Assembly: GCA_964537725.1 (NCBI GenBank) | Contig: CAZICD010000004.1 | Span: 23,903 to 87,902 of the forward strand | Direction: 5' to 3' | Source of the DNA: an uncultured Spirochaetaceae bacterium | GTDB taxonomy: Bacteria > Spirochaetota > Spirochaetia > DSM-27196 > SLST01 | Length of the DNA stretch: 64,000 bases | Shown: positions 53,809 to 61,946 of the stretch, piece by piece | Numbering within the stretch: the stretch's first letter is position 1 | How the letters are laid out: each line of letters opens with the position of its first letter | Translations under genes and position numbers: made by a program | Notes under the pieces: generated by a model | The model's input: only the letters and a program-made list of their open reading frames with translations | Database searches by the model: none | Told to the model about the DNA's origin: nothing

Positions 53809-55077
53809 ATGAACGACAAACAGATACGCGAAGGCTACGCTGCCGCGCGCGACGCGTACGCGGAGCTCGGCGTCGACACCGAACGGGCGCTCGACGAGCT
53901 GGCGAAGATCGGAATCTCCATCCACTGCTGGCAGGGTGACGACGTCACCGGGTTCGAGAGCACCGGGCCGCTGACCGGCGGTATCCTCGCGACCGGCAAC
54001 CATCCCGGCAAGGCCCGGACGCCGGACGAGCTGCGCGCCGACTTCGAGAAGGCGTACAGCCTGATCCCCGGCTCGCACCGGTTCAACCTGCACGCGATCT
54101 ACCTCGAGAACGGCGGCAAGCAGATCGATCGTGACCAGATCGAGCCGGCGCACTTCAGCGGCTGGATCGACTGGGCGAAGGAGATGGGGCTCGCGCTCGA
54201 CTTCAACCCCACGTTCTTCTCGCACCCGAAGTCGGACGACGGGTTTACCCTGGCGCATCGCGACAAGGCGATCCGCGAGTTCTGGATCGAGCACGGCCGC
54301 CGCTCGCGGTTGATATCCGCGGAGATGGGCCGACAACTCGGCACGCCGAGCATCGACAACTTCTGGATCCCCGACGGCTGGAAGGATCAGCCGGCTGACC
54401 GGCTCCTGCACCGCGAGCTCCTCGTGGAGGCGCTCGACGCGGTCTTCGCCGAGAAGCTCGACCCCGGACACACGCTCGACGCGGTGGAGAGCAAGCTCTT
54501 CGGGATCGCGAGCGAGAGCTACGTCGTGGGCTCGCACGAGTTCTACCTCGCGTACGCGCAGTCGCGAAAGACGCTTCTGTGCATGGACGCCGGCCACTAT
54601 CACCCCACCGAGTCGATCGCGGAGAAGGTCAGCGCGCTGCTGCCGTTCTTCCCGCAGCTGCTGCTGCACGTCTCGCGGCCGGTGCGCTGGGACTCCGATC
54701 ACGTGGTCCTCTTCGACGACGAGACCCGCGCCATCATGCGCGAGATCACCCGTGCGAAGGCGTGGGACCGCGTCTTCGTGGCGCTCGACTTCTTCGACGC
54801 GAGCATCAACCGCATCGAGGCGTGGGTCATCGGTACGCGCGCGGCGCTGAAGAGCGCGCTCTTCTCGCTGCTCGAGCCGATCGAACGGGTGAAGCAGGCA
54901 GAGACCGAGTGGCGGCTGGGCGATCGGCTCGCGCTTCAGGAAGAGGCGAAGACCATGCCGTTCGGAGCGGTCTGGAACGAGTTCTGCCGTCGGCAGGAGG
55001 TTCCCGCGGGCACCGACTGGCTGCAGGACGTCGCGAGCTACGAGCAGCAGGTGCTGTCGAAGCGAGACAAGGCGTAG
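53809..55077 (+). CDS. rhaA: L-rhamnose isomerase
   Basis: Near-colinear similarity to E. coli RhaA: SIHCWQGDDVTGFE, TGNHPGKARTPDELRAD, NLHAIYLE, FNPTFFSHP, DAGHYHPTE, LLLHVSRPVRWDSDHVV and DFFDASINRIEAWVIGTR. Confidence 0.92.
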   Translation: MNDKQIREGYAAARDAYAELGVDTERALDELAKIGISIHCWQGDDVTGFESTGPLTGGILATGNHPGKARTPDELRADFEKAYSLIPGSHRFNLHAIYLENGGKQIDRDQIEPAHFSGWIDWAKEMGLALDFNPTFFSHPKSDDGFTLAHRDKAIREFWIEHGRRSRLISAEMGRQLGTPSIDNFWIPDGWKDQPADRLLHRELLVEALDAVFAEKLDPGHTLDAVESKLFGIASESYVVGSHEFYLAYAQSRKTLLCMDAGHYHPTESIAEKVSALLPFFPQLLLHVSRPVRWDSDHVVLFDDETRAIMREITRAKAWDRVFVALDFFDASINRIEAWVIGTRAALKSALFSLLEPIERVKQAETEWRLGDRLALQEEAKTMPFGAVWNEFCRRQEVPAGTDWLQDVASYEQQVLSKRDKA

Positions 55078-55089
55078 GACGGAGGGGAA

Positions 55090-55404
55090 ATGGAACGCCG
55101 AGGGTTCACGATGAAGCTCAAGCCCGGAAACGAGGCCGAGTACAAGCGTCGTCACGACGAGATCTGGCCCGAGCTCTCGCGCGAGCTCGCCGCCCGGGGC
55201 GTGCGGGACTACACGATCTTCCTCGACCGCGAGACGCTGACGCTCTTCGCCTTTCAGAGGGTAACCGAGCCCAACGAGGTGGACGGGCTGCCGGAAACCG
55301 CAATCATGCGGAAGTGGTGGGACTATATGGCCGACCTGATGGAGGTCAATCCGGACAACTCTCCGGTGGTGAAGCCGCTCGAGGAGGTCTTCCACGCCGA
55401 TTAG
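55090..55404 (+). CDS. rhaM: L-rhamnose mutarotase
   Basis: 104-aa protein with MKLKPGNEAEYKRRHDEIWPEL and RDYTIFLD motifs typical of RhaM/YiiL. Confidence 0.9.
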   Translation: MERRGFTMKLKPGNEAEYKRRHDEIWPELSRELAARGVRDYTIFLDRETLTLFAFQRVTEPNEVDGLPETAIMRKWWDYMADLMEVNPDNSPVVKPLEEVFHAD

Positions 55405-55428
55405 CGGCAGCCGGCCGGGACAGGCCGA

Positions 55429-55457
55429 TTGACGCCGTGCGGCGAGCTGGCTACGCT
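55429..55457 (+). promoter_or_regulatory. Candidate sigma70-like promoter (TTGACG - 17 nt - TACGCT) upstream of fucU-rph
   Basis: Hexamers at 55429..55434 and 55452..55457, read directly. The -10 is weak. Confidence 0.25.
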
Positions 55458-55516
55458 GGTGGTCGCCTGCGACGCGAGTCTCGCGCCGCGGGCACACCGC
55501 CGCACGGGAGGCCGCA

Positions 55517-55948
55517 ATGCTCACGGGAATACCATCGATCCTCTCGCCAGAGCTGCTCAAGATCCTCATGGAGATGGGTCACGGCGACGAGCTCGTGATC
55601 GGCGACGGGAACTTCCCCGCCGCTTCGATGGCGCAGCGACTCGCGCGCTGCGACGGGCACCCCGTGCCCCCGCTGCTCGACGCGATCCTCGCGCTCTTCC
55701 CGCTCGATACCTTCGTCGATTCTCCCGTCGCCCTGATGGCGGTGGTTGGCGGCGGCGACGAGCCGCCCATCTGGAAGACCTACCGCGAGATCGTCGGGCG
55801 ACGCTCGCCGGACGCGAGCGGCGTCGAGCACGTCGAGCGGTTCGCGTTCTACGAACGGGCGAAGCAGGCGTACGCGATCGTCGCCACCGGCGAGAGCGCG
55901 CTCTACGCGAACGTCATACTCAAAAAGGGAGTGGTAATCGACGCATGA
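55517..55948 (+). CDS. fucU: RbsD/FucU family mutarotase (L-fucose mutarotase-like)
   Basis: LLKILMEMGHGDELVIGDGNFP and ERFAFYERAK motifs, 143 aa. RBS GGGAGG. Confidence 0.85.
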   Translation: MLTGIPSILSPELLKILMEMGHGDELVIGDGNFPAASMAQRLARCDGHPVPPLLDAILALFPLDTFVDSPVALMAVVGGGDEPPIWKTYREIVGRRSPDASGVEHVERFAFYERAKQAYAIVATGESALYANVILKKGVVIDA

Positions 55949-56637
55949 GGCAGCTCGGATTCAAACGAAACGCGCTCCGAAACCCCGCCGGCTCGTGCCT
56001 CGTATCGTTCGGCAACACGCAGGTGCTGTGTGCGGCGACCATCGACCGCTCGGTCCCGCCGTTCCTGCGGGACACCGGCAACGGCTGGATCACCGCCGAG
56101 TACTCGATGCTTCCCGGCAGCACGCCGGGCGGCCGCAAGCGACGCGAAATCGGCAAGCGCGACGGGCGGAGCACCGAGATTCAGCGCCTCGTCGGACGCA
56201 GCCTGCGCGCCGCCGTCGACATGACCAGGCTGGGCGAGGTCTCCATCACGATCGACTGCGACGTCATCGAGGCGGACGGCGGTACGCGTACCGCGGCGAT
56301 CTCCGGCGGCTGGGTCGCGCTTCACGACGCGCTCGCGTCGCTCGCCGCCGATTCCGGCCTCTCCGGTGCCGACTACTACCTGCTCGGACAGGTCGCCGCG
56401 GTGAGCGTTGGAATCGTGGGCGGACAGATCGTCTGCGACCTCGACTACGAGCACGATTCGCAGGCGGAGGTCGACATGAACATCGTCAAACGCGACGACG
56501 ACCTCGTGGAGGTGCAGGGCACGGGCGAGAAAGGTGTCTTCACCCGCGAGGAGCTCGACCGGCTCATGGACACCGCCGACGAGGGGATCGCCGAGATCCA
56601 GGCCGCCCAGCGGTCCGCGCTCGGGCTCGATCGGTAG
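55945..56637 (+). CDS. rph: Ribonuclease PH
   Basis: Strong similarity to E. coli RNase PH: GWITAEYSMLPGST, DGRSTEIQRLVGRSLRAAVD, ITIDCDVIEADGGTRTAAISGG. ATGA overlap with the fucU stop. The N-terminus is about 10 aa shorter than E. coli Rph. Confidence 0.9.
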   Translation: MRQLGFKRNALRNPAGSCLVSFGNTQVLCAATIDRSVPPFLRDTGNGWITAEYSMLPGSTPGGRKRREIGKRDGRSTEIQRLVGRSLRAAVDMTRLGEVSITIDCDVIEADGGTRTAAISGGWVALHDALASLAADSGLSGADYYLLGQVAAVSVGIVGGQIVCDLDYEHDSQAEVDMNIVKRDDDLVEVQGTGEKGVFTREELDRLMDTADEGIAEIQAAQRSALGLDR

Positions 56638-56659
56638 ACCGGCTCGCGCTGCCGGTCTA
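56635..56659 (+). terminator. Hairpin immediately at the rph stop codon
   Basis: TAGACCGGC - tcgcgct - GCCGGTCTA (9-bp stem). No U-tract. Confidence 0.35.
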
Positions 56660-56662
56660 CCC

Positions 56663-56722
56663 ACGACGCCCGGCCGCACGACGCCTGGCCGCAGGACGCC
56701 CGGCCGCAGGACGCCCGCTTGC
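56663..56722. repeat. Intergenic 15-bp tandem repeat, 4 copies (consensus a[c/g]gacgcc[c/t]ggccgc)
   Basis: Read directly: copies at 56663-77, 56678-92 and 56693-707, with a degenerate fourth at 56708-22. Confidence 0.85.
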
Positions 56723-56763
56723 CCGCCGCTGCGCATCGATCTATCATGGCAGCAGGAGGTTCC

Positions 56764-57153
56764 ATGAAGCACACCGCCGGACTTCATCACGTAGCGCTCA
56801 ACGTCGGCAATCTGGAACGATCGGTCGATTTCTACAGCCGGGCATTCGGCATGAGCGTCGTTCGCCGCTGGGGCGACGACCCTCGTGCGGCCATGCTCGA
56901 CATGGGTGACGGCGCGATCCTGGAGATGTTCGAACGACCCGCGGCCGCCGGACGGGAGGGGGCGCTGATCCACATCGCGCTGCGAGCCGACGACGTGGAC
57001 GCCGCCTACGAGCAGGCGCTCGCGGAGGGAGCCTCCGAGCAGACGACTCCGCGCGACGTGGACCTCCAGGCGGAGGAGCCGTACGCCATCCGCATCGCCT
57101 TCGTGAAGGGCCCCGATGGAGAGCCGGTCGAGCTGTTCAGCGAACGGAGCTGA
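56764..57153 (+). CDS. VOC family protein (glyoxalase/bleomycin-resistance/dioxygenase fold)
   Basis: LHHVALNVGNLERSVDFYSRAFGM and GPDGEPVELF motifs. RBS GCAGGAGG before the ATG at 56764. Confidence 0.85.
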   Translation: MKHTAGLHHVALNVGNLERSVDFYSRAFGMSVVRRWGDDPRAAMLDMGDGAILEMFERPAAAGREGALIHIALRADDVDAAYEQALAEGASEQTTPRDVDLQAEEPYAIRIAFVKGPDGEPVELFSERS

Positions 57154-57155
57154 CG

Positions 57156-58652
57156 ATGGCTCGGCGCCCGAACATCCTCTTCGCCATCGCCGACGACGCG
57201 TCGCATATGGGCGCCTACGGACACCGATTCGTCCGTACGCCGGCGTTCGACCGGGTGGCGCGGGAGGGAGTGCTCTTCACGAACGCGTTCACCACGAATC
57301 CGAAGTGCGCACCCAGCCGCGCGAGCATCCTCACAGGGCGCCACACGTGGCAGCTCGAGGAGGCGTGCGACCACTGGAACGTGTGGCCGGCGAAGTTTCC
57401 CGTGTATCCCGACATCCTGGCCGACGCGGGGTACCACGTCGGCCATACGGGCAAGGGGTGGGCGCCCGGGGACTGGCGCCGCCGCGGCCGGGTCACAAAC
57501 CCGGCCGGGCCCGAGTACGCCGGGCGTACGCTCGCCCCGCCGAGCACGACGGTCAGCTCCAAGGACTACGCGGCGAACTTCTCCGACTTCCTCGACGCGC
57601 GGCCGGAAGGGGCTCCGTTCTGCTTCTGGTACGGGGGCCACGAACCGCACCGACCGTACGACCCCGGCGAAGGCGCCGCCCACGGAGTCCGGGTGAGCAG
57701 CGACGACATCCCCGCCTACCTTCCGCGGGTCGCCACCGTGCAGGAGGATCTCGCCGACTACGCGTTCGAGGTCGAGTGGTTCGATGCTCAACTGGGCGCG
57801 ATGCTCGACGAGCTCGAGCGGCGCGGCGAGCTCGACGATACGCTCGTGATCGTCACCTCCGACAACGGCATGCCCTTCCCGCGCGCAAAGGGCAACATGT
57901 ACGACTACGACTTCAATCTCCCCATGGCGATGATGTGGCGCGGTGCCACCGAGCAGCGGGGAGCCGGACGACCGGACACGCTGGAGATACCCGGGACCGG
58001 GAGAACGGCGACCGCGCGGCGCGTTCTCACCGACATGGTCTCGTTCACCGACCTCGCGCCCACCTTTCTCGAGGCCGCGGGTCTGGACAGTCGACCGGAG
58101 ATGGCCGGGCGCAGCTTCCTGGGTCTGCTCCACGCCGAAGCATCGGGGCGGCACGATCCCGCCCGCGACCGGGCGTTCATGGGCCGCGAGCGCCACGACC
58201 TGGGCCGCGAGGGCGACGTGGGCTACCCGGTCCGCTGCGTGCGCACCGACGAATATCTCTACGTCCGGAACCTCAAACCCGAATTGTGGCCCGCCGGTAA
58301 CCCGGAGACCGGCTTCACCGGCTGCGACAGCTCGCCGACGAAGCGCCTCATCGTCGAGCAGCACGACCGGGGCGAGGAACGCTACTTCGCCCTGGCCTTC
58401 GGCAAGCGACCGGCGGAAGAGCTCTACGCGATCGCAGAGGATCCCGAGTGCATGGAGAACCTCGCCGACGACCCCGCCTACGAGAGCGTACGCCGCGACC
58501 TGTGGAACGAGCTGCGGGGGTACCTGCGCGGCCAGGGAGATCCGCGCGTGTACGGGGAAGGCGATCGCTTCGACCGCTACGAGTACGTGGGCAAGGCGCA
58601 GCACTCGTGGAAGGCGTGGGTGGAGGGTACCTGGGAGCCGCAGGGATACTGA
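57156..58652 (+). CDS. Sulfatase (Cys-type formylglycine family), no signal peptide
   Basis: PNILFAIADD metal site, CAPSRASILTGRH (C-x-P-x-R FGly motif), SDNGMPFPRAKGN. The N-terminus starts directly with the catalytic domain. Confidence 0.9.
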   Translation: MARRPNILFAIADDASHMGAYGHRFVRTPAFDRVAREGVLFTNAFTTNPKCAPSRASILTGRHTWQLEEACDHWNVWPAKFPVYPDILADAGYHVGHTGKGWAPGDWRRRGRVTNPAGPEYAGRTLAPPSTTVSSKDYAANFSDFLDARPEGAPFCFWYGGHEPHRPYDPGEGAAHGVRVSSDDIPAYLPRVATVQEDLADYAFEVEWFDAQLGAMLDELERRGELDDTLVIVTSDNGMPFPRAKGNMYDYDFNLPMAMMWRGATEQRGAGRPDTLEIPGTGRTATARRVLTDMVSFTDLAPTFLEAAGLDSRPEMAGRSFLGLLHAEASGRHDPARDRAFMGRERHDLGREGDVGYPVRCVRTDEYLYVRNLKPELWPAGNPETGFTGCDSSPTKRLIVEQHDRGEERYFALAFGKRPAEELYAIAEDPECMENLADDPAYESVRRDLWNELRGYLRGQGDPRVYGEGDRFDRYEYVGKAQHSWKAWVEGTWEPQGY

Positions 58653-58692
58653 CGGCCCCGCCCTCGGACCGCGCGAGCCGCGAACGGGCGCG

Positions 58693-60312
58693 TCAGCGCG
58701 CGTCGAGCCCCGCGAGCACCTTCTTCGCCCCCTCCTCGATCGCGCGACCCGCGTTGTTGTACCGAAACCCGACGTAGACCCCCAGCCCGGCGTGCAGCGA
58801 GTCGTGCAGGACGTGCGTGAGCAGCTTCAGGTAGGCGTTCTTGCTGACCGAGCCGTCGCTCGACCGCAGCAGGAGCGAGGTCCAGCCGGCCTGATCGACG
58901 AGCCGATTGATCTGGTGGACGAGCACGGGAAAGAGCTTGCGAACGAGCGCGAAGTAGCGGCGGTGGTACGCGTCGTTGCGCTCGATGAGGTGGTGGATCT
59001 GCGTCCGACGGTCCCGGACGACCCTTCCGGCCTCCTTGCGCCGCGGCATCACGGCGCTGATGAGCTCGCGCACCCGCGGCGACGAGCAGATCAGGAGCGT
59101 CGCGAGGTAGCAGAGCAGCACGCCGCCGAGGTTGCGCTCGAACGCCGACGTCGCGTGGCGATTGACGCGATCCAGCAACCGACGCGTGGCCGATGCCGCC
59201 TGGAGCAGCGGGCGGCGATCGGCGGTGCCGGCGGCGAAGAGGCGCTGCTGGTCGACGACGTGCTCGGCCGCCCGCTCGATCGCGGCGATCGCCTCGCGCA
59301 GCGGTGCGGTCAGCGGATGATCGGCGTAGCGCCGGATGAACGTGTCCACACCCGCGACGTCGATGCGGGCGCGATCGGTCGCGGCCTCCGAATCGCTCGA
59401 CGAGCGCAGGTGGCCCGCCGCCTCGTTTGAGAGCTCGTCGGGGGTGAGCGTGCCCGAATTGCGGCTGAGGTAGAAGCGAAGCTCGTTCGCCGTCTCCGCG
59501 CCGACCACACCGGCCGCCTGAATACTCGCGATGACCGACTTGTGCAGCATCTGCGCCGCGTCGAGCACCTTGCCGAGAACGTGCGCCTCGAACGAAAGCG
59601 TCTGCTGGAGAAGGTTGAGCGACGGATCGTCGGGGATAATCGCCGCGTGCGCGAAGCGGGCGCCGGAGTCGGGATCTATCCGCAGCTCGTCGTCCACGTA
59701 CCGATTGTAGTTGCCGATCACGTCGGTCGGGTGGAACCCGCCCGGCAGAATCTCCCGGTACCGGTTGTGCCAGAATGCCACCGGCAGGTCGGGCCGGATC
59801 TCGAGCGCGACGCGGATGTACCCCCCGGCCGAGACGTGCGAGGTCGGCTCGGGGTTGGTGACGACGATCAGCAGGCCGACGTACGGCAGAAAGGCCAGGT
59901 TCTCGTCGCGGCCGATGCCGGCAGGCATGTCGCAGATCACCAGGTCGTAGCGGTCGGCGAGCTCGTGGGCTGCGTTCCCGAAGAGCGTGGCGCGCAGCCG
60001 AGCGCTCTCCCCGCGTCCGAGCTTCGGCCGAGGGAAGAGGAGATCGACGTTGTGGAAGAGCCGCACCGTCTGCTCGTCCAGCGACCGCTCGCCGCGCTCC
60101 ACCCGCTCACGGACCCGTTCGACGTCGGTTTCCCGGACGTCGAGGATCGTGGCGATGTTGGAGAGCGGGTCGAGGTCCACGATACCCACGCGACGGCCGG
60201 CTCGTGCGGCGGTGATCGCGAGGTTGACGCTCGTCGTCGATTTGCCGACTCCTCCCTTGCCCGATCCAACGGCGAGGACGCGCGAACGAAGCCGATCGGT
60301 AACAGGTCCCAT
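58693..60312 (-). CDS. MinD/ParA-family P-loop ATPase with ~280-aa uncharacterised helical C-terminal domain
   Basis: Deviant Walker A GSGKGGVGKSTTSVNLA, IVDLDP, and Walker B-like LVICDMPAG. Residues after about 255 (DNA 58693..59546) match no family I recognise. Confidence 0.8.
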   Translation of the reverse strand: MGPVTDRLRSRVLAVGSGKGGVGKSTTSVNLAITAARAGRRVGIVDLDPLSNIATILDVRETDVERVRERVERGERSLDEQTVRLFHNVDLLFPRPKLGRGESARLRATLFGNAAHELADRYDLVICDMPAGIGRDENLAFLPYVGLLIVVTNPEPTSHVSAGGYIRVALEIRPDLPVAFWHNRYREILPGGFHPTDVIGNYNRYVDDELRIDPDSGARFAHAAIIPDDPSLNLLQQTLSFEAHVLGKVLDAAQMLHKSVIASIQAAGVVGAETANELRFYLSRNSGTLTPDELSNEAAGHLRSSSDSEAATDRARIDVAGVDTFIRRYADHPLTAPLREAIAAIERAAEHVVDQQRLFAAGTADRRPLLQAASATRRLLDRVNRHATSAFERNLGGVLLCYLATLLICSSPRVRELISAVMPRRKEAGRVVRDRRTQIHHLIERNDAYHRRYFALVRKLFPVLVHQINRLVDQAGWTSLLLRSSDGSVSKNAYLKLLTHVLHDSLHAGLGVYVGFRYNNAGRAIEEGAKKVLAGLDAR

Positions 60313-60326
60313 CGCCTGACTCTACC

Positions 60327-61088
60327 TCACTCTCGGCTCTGGCTGAAGAGCCATGGCAGGAGCCGTTTCTCTTGCCACGCCGGAACCCACACCGGTCCCG
60401 GCTCCCTGATTTCGGTGTACCGGGCGTTCGTCCCGCCCGCGGCCCACACGGCGCTCACCACCGCGCGCGTGCGCGCGATCGCCTCGCCCCCGTCGCGATC
60501 GCCCTGGAAGATCCACAGTGGGGTACCGGCAAGTCGTTCGGCACCCTGAGGAGAGAGACGCCCCGCGATGAAGACGCCGGCGGCGTAGGACTCCGGCGCG
60601 CGCGCGAGGAGCTGCCAGGCGAGTCCTGCACCGTCGCCCTCGCCTACGACCACGACGCTCGCCGGGTCCACGGGGTAGTCTCTGGTGAGTAAGCCGACCG
60701 CCCGGGCGAGCGCGGCGAGATGACGATCGTCCGCCTCGCTCGCACCGCCCGCGTCGGCGAGCGCGAGCTCCGCGACGAACGCCTGCCGCCGCACGTTCGA
60801 ATCGGTGCGGACGAGCACGCCCATCGAGTAGGTCGCCCACGCCTGTGCACCGGGCACGACGGCTCCCGACGGCGCCGGCACGACGATCAGCGGCAGCAGC
60901 GTCCCATCGCCCCCCCATCCGTCGGCCCCCCATCCGTCGGGCCCGACGAGTCTGACGTTCACCGACGGCAGCTCACAGGTGATACGGCGCTCGACGAGCC
61001 GGTCGCCGGCGATCTCCTCGGGTGTCTCGGCCGCGGCAACGGCGCCGGACAGGAGGGCCGCCGCGAGCAGGCACGCGGGTCGGATCAC
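60327..61088 (-). CDS. Secreted alpha/beta-hydrolase-fold protein with degenerate catalytic triad
   Basis: Signal peptide MIRPACLLAAALLSGAVAAA. It resembles predicted esterases/peptidases (COG4099-like), but the nucleophile elbow reads VGEGDGAGLAW instead of GLSMGG and there is no His in the C-terminal loop. GTG start after AGGAGG, with a GTGA overlap with the upstream gene. Confidence 0.6.
   Translation of the reverse strand: MIRPACLLAAALLSGAVAAAETPEEIAGDRLVERRITCELPSVNVRLVGPDGWGADGWGGDGTLLPLIVVPAPSGAVVPGAQAWATYSMGVLVRTDSNVRRQAFVAELALADAGGASEADDRHLAALARAVGLLTRDYPVDPASVVVVGEGDGAGLAWQLLARAPESYAAGVFIAGRLSPQGAERLAGTPLWIFQGDRDGGEAIARTRAVVSAVWAAGGTNARYTEIREPGPVWVPAWQEKRLLPWLFSQSRE
60911..60940. 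repeat. Exact 15-bp in-frame tandem duplication (ccccccatccgtcgg x2) inside the hydrolase-like gene
   Basis: Read directly. Encodes DGWGADGWGG on the minus strand. Confidence 0.9.
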
Positions 61089-61927
61089 CCTGCCTCCTGA
61101 ACGGCCATGAGCGCGACGCCGACGAGCGCGGCGAGCAGGCCGGCCACGCGACGCGCGCCGAGCCTTTCACCGTCGAACAGGCGGGCGAGCACGACCGTGG
61201 GCGCGGGGTAGAGCGACGATACGACCGAGCTCGTCACGAGGAGACCGGTTCGAACCGCGACGAGGAAGAAGGCGTTGGCGGCCATGTCCAGCGCCCCGGC
61301 GAGCGATGCGGCGCCGCGCGCGCGTCGGGCGACGACGAGGCTGCGTCGCGCGAAGCCTGCGACGATCAGGACCGCGAGGATCGACGCGCATCGCGCGCCG
61401 GCGAGCGGCCAGAAGCCCGAGGCGGCGGAGGTCCGGTCTATGAGGATGAAGTAGCCCCCGAAGCCGATTCCGGCTGCGATCCCCGGGATCAGCGAGGTCG
61501 TGTCGAAACGGCGCGTCGCTCCCCGCGAGAGGGAGAGCAGCAGAATCGCCGGGACCGCGACGGCCACACCGAGCCACGCGGTGAGCCCGGGCGCCTCGCC
61601 GAGCAGGACGCCGGCGACGACCGGGGCGCCGGTCCCGACGAGCGCCGCGGTGGGGGATACGACGGCGGCCGACCCGACGGCGAGGCCACGATAGAGCGAG
61701 CTGAGTCCGAACACGCCGGAGAGCCCGGCGGCGACACCCCAGAGGATATCCACCGGAGCCGGGAACGGTTGCCGCAGTACGAGCGCCATCACCACGATAC
61801 CGCCCAGCCCGATCGACTGCGAAAGCACGAGAACGCCCAGCACGTTGTTCGCCCGGGTCGCACGCCCGCCCGAATAGTCGGCCGCGCCGTAGGCGAGTGC
61901 CGACAGCGCGGCGAAAAGGGTCGACAT
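61085..61927 (-). CDS. EamA/DMT-superfamily transporter (10 TM)
   Basis: Two EamA-like halves of 5 TM each. Gly/Ala-rich helices and 280 aa length are typical of the family. Confidence 0.8.
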   Translation of the reverse strand: MSTLFAALSALAYGAADYSGGRATRANNVLGVLVLSQSIGLGGIVVMALVLRQPFPAPVDILWGVAAGLSGVFGLSSLYRGLAVGSAAVVSPTAALVGTGAPVVAGVLLGEAPGLTAWLGVAVAVPAILLLSLSRGATRRFDTTSLIPGIAAGIGFGGYFILIDRTSAASGFWPLAGARCASILAVLIVAGFARRSLVVARRARGAASLAGALDMAANAFFLVAVRTGLLVTSSVVSSLYPAPTVVLARLFDGERLGARRVAGLLAALVGVALMAVQEAG

Positions 61928-61946
61928 GCCGGGACTATAGCAGATC

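Noticed and set aside
53761-55569. 602-aa minus-strand ORF opposite rhaA/rhaM
   Set aside because: The plus strand encodes proteins nearly colinear with E. coli RhaA and RhaM. The antisense ORF is a GC-driven artefact.
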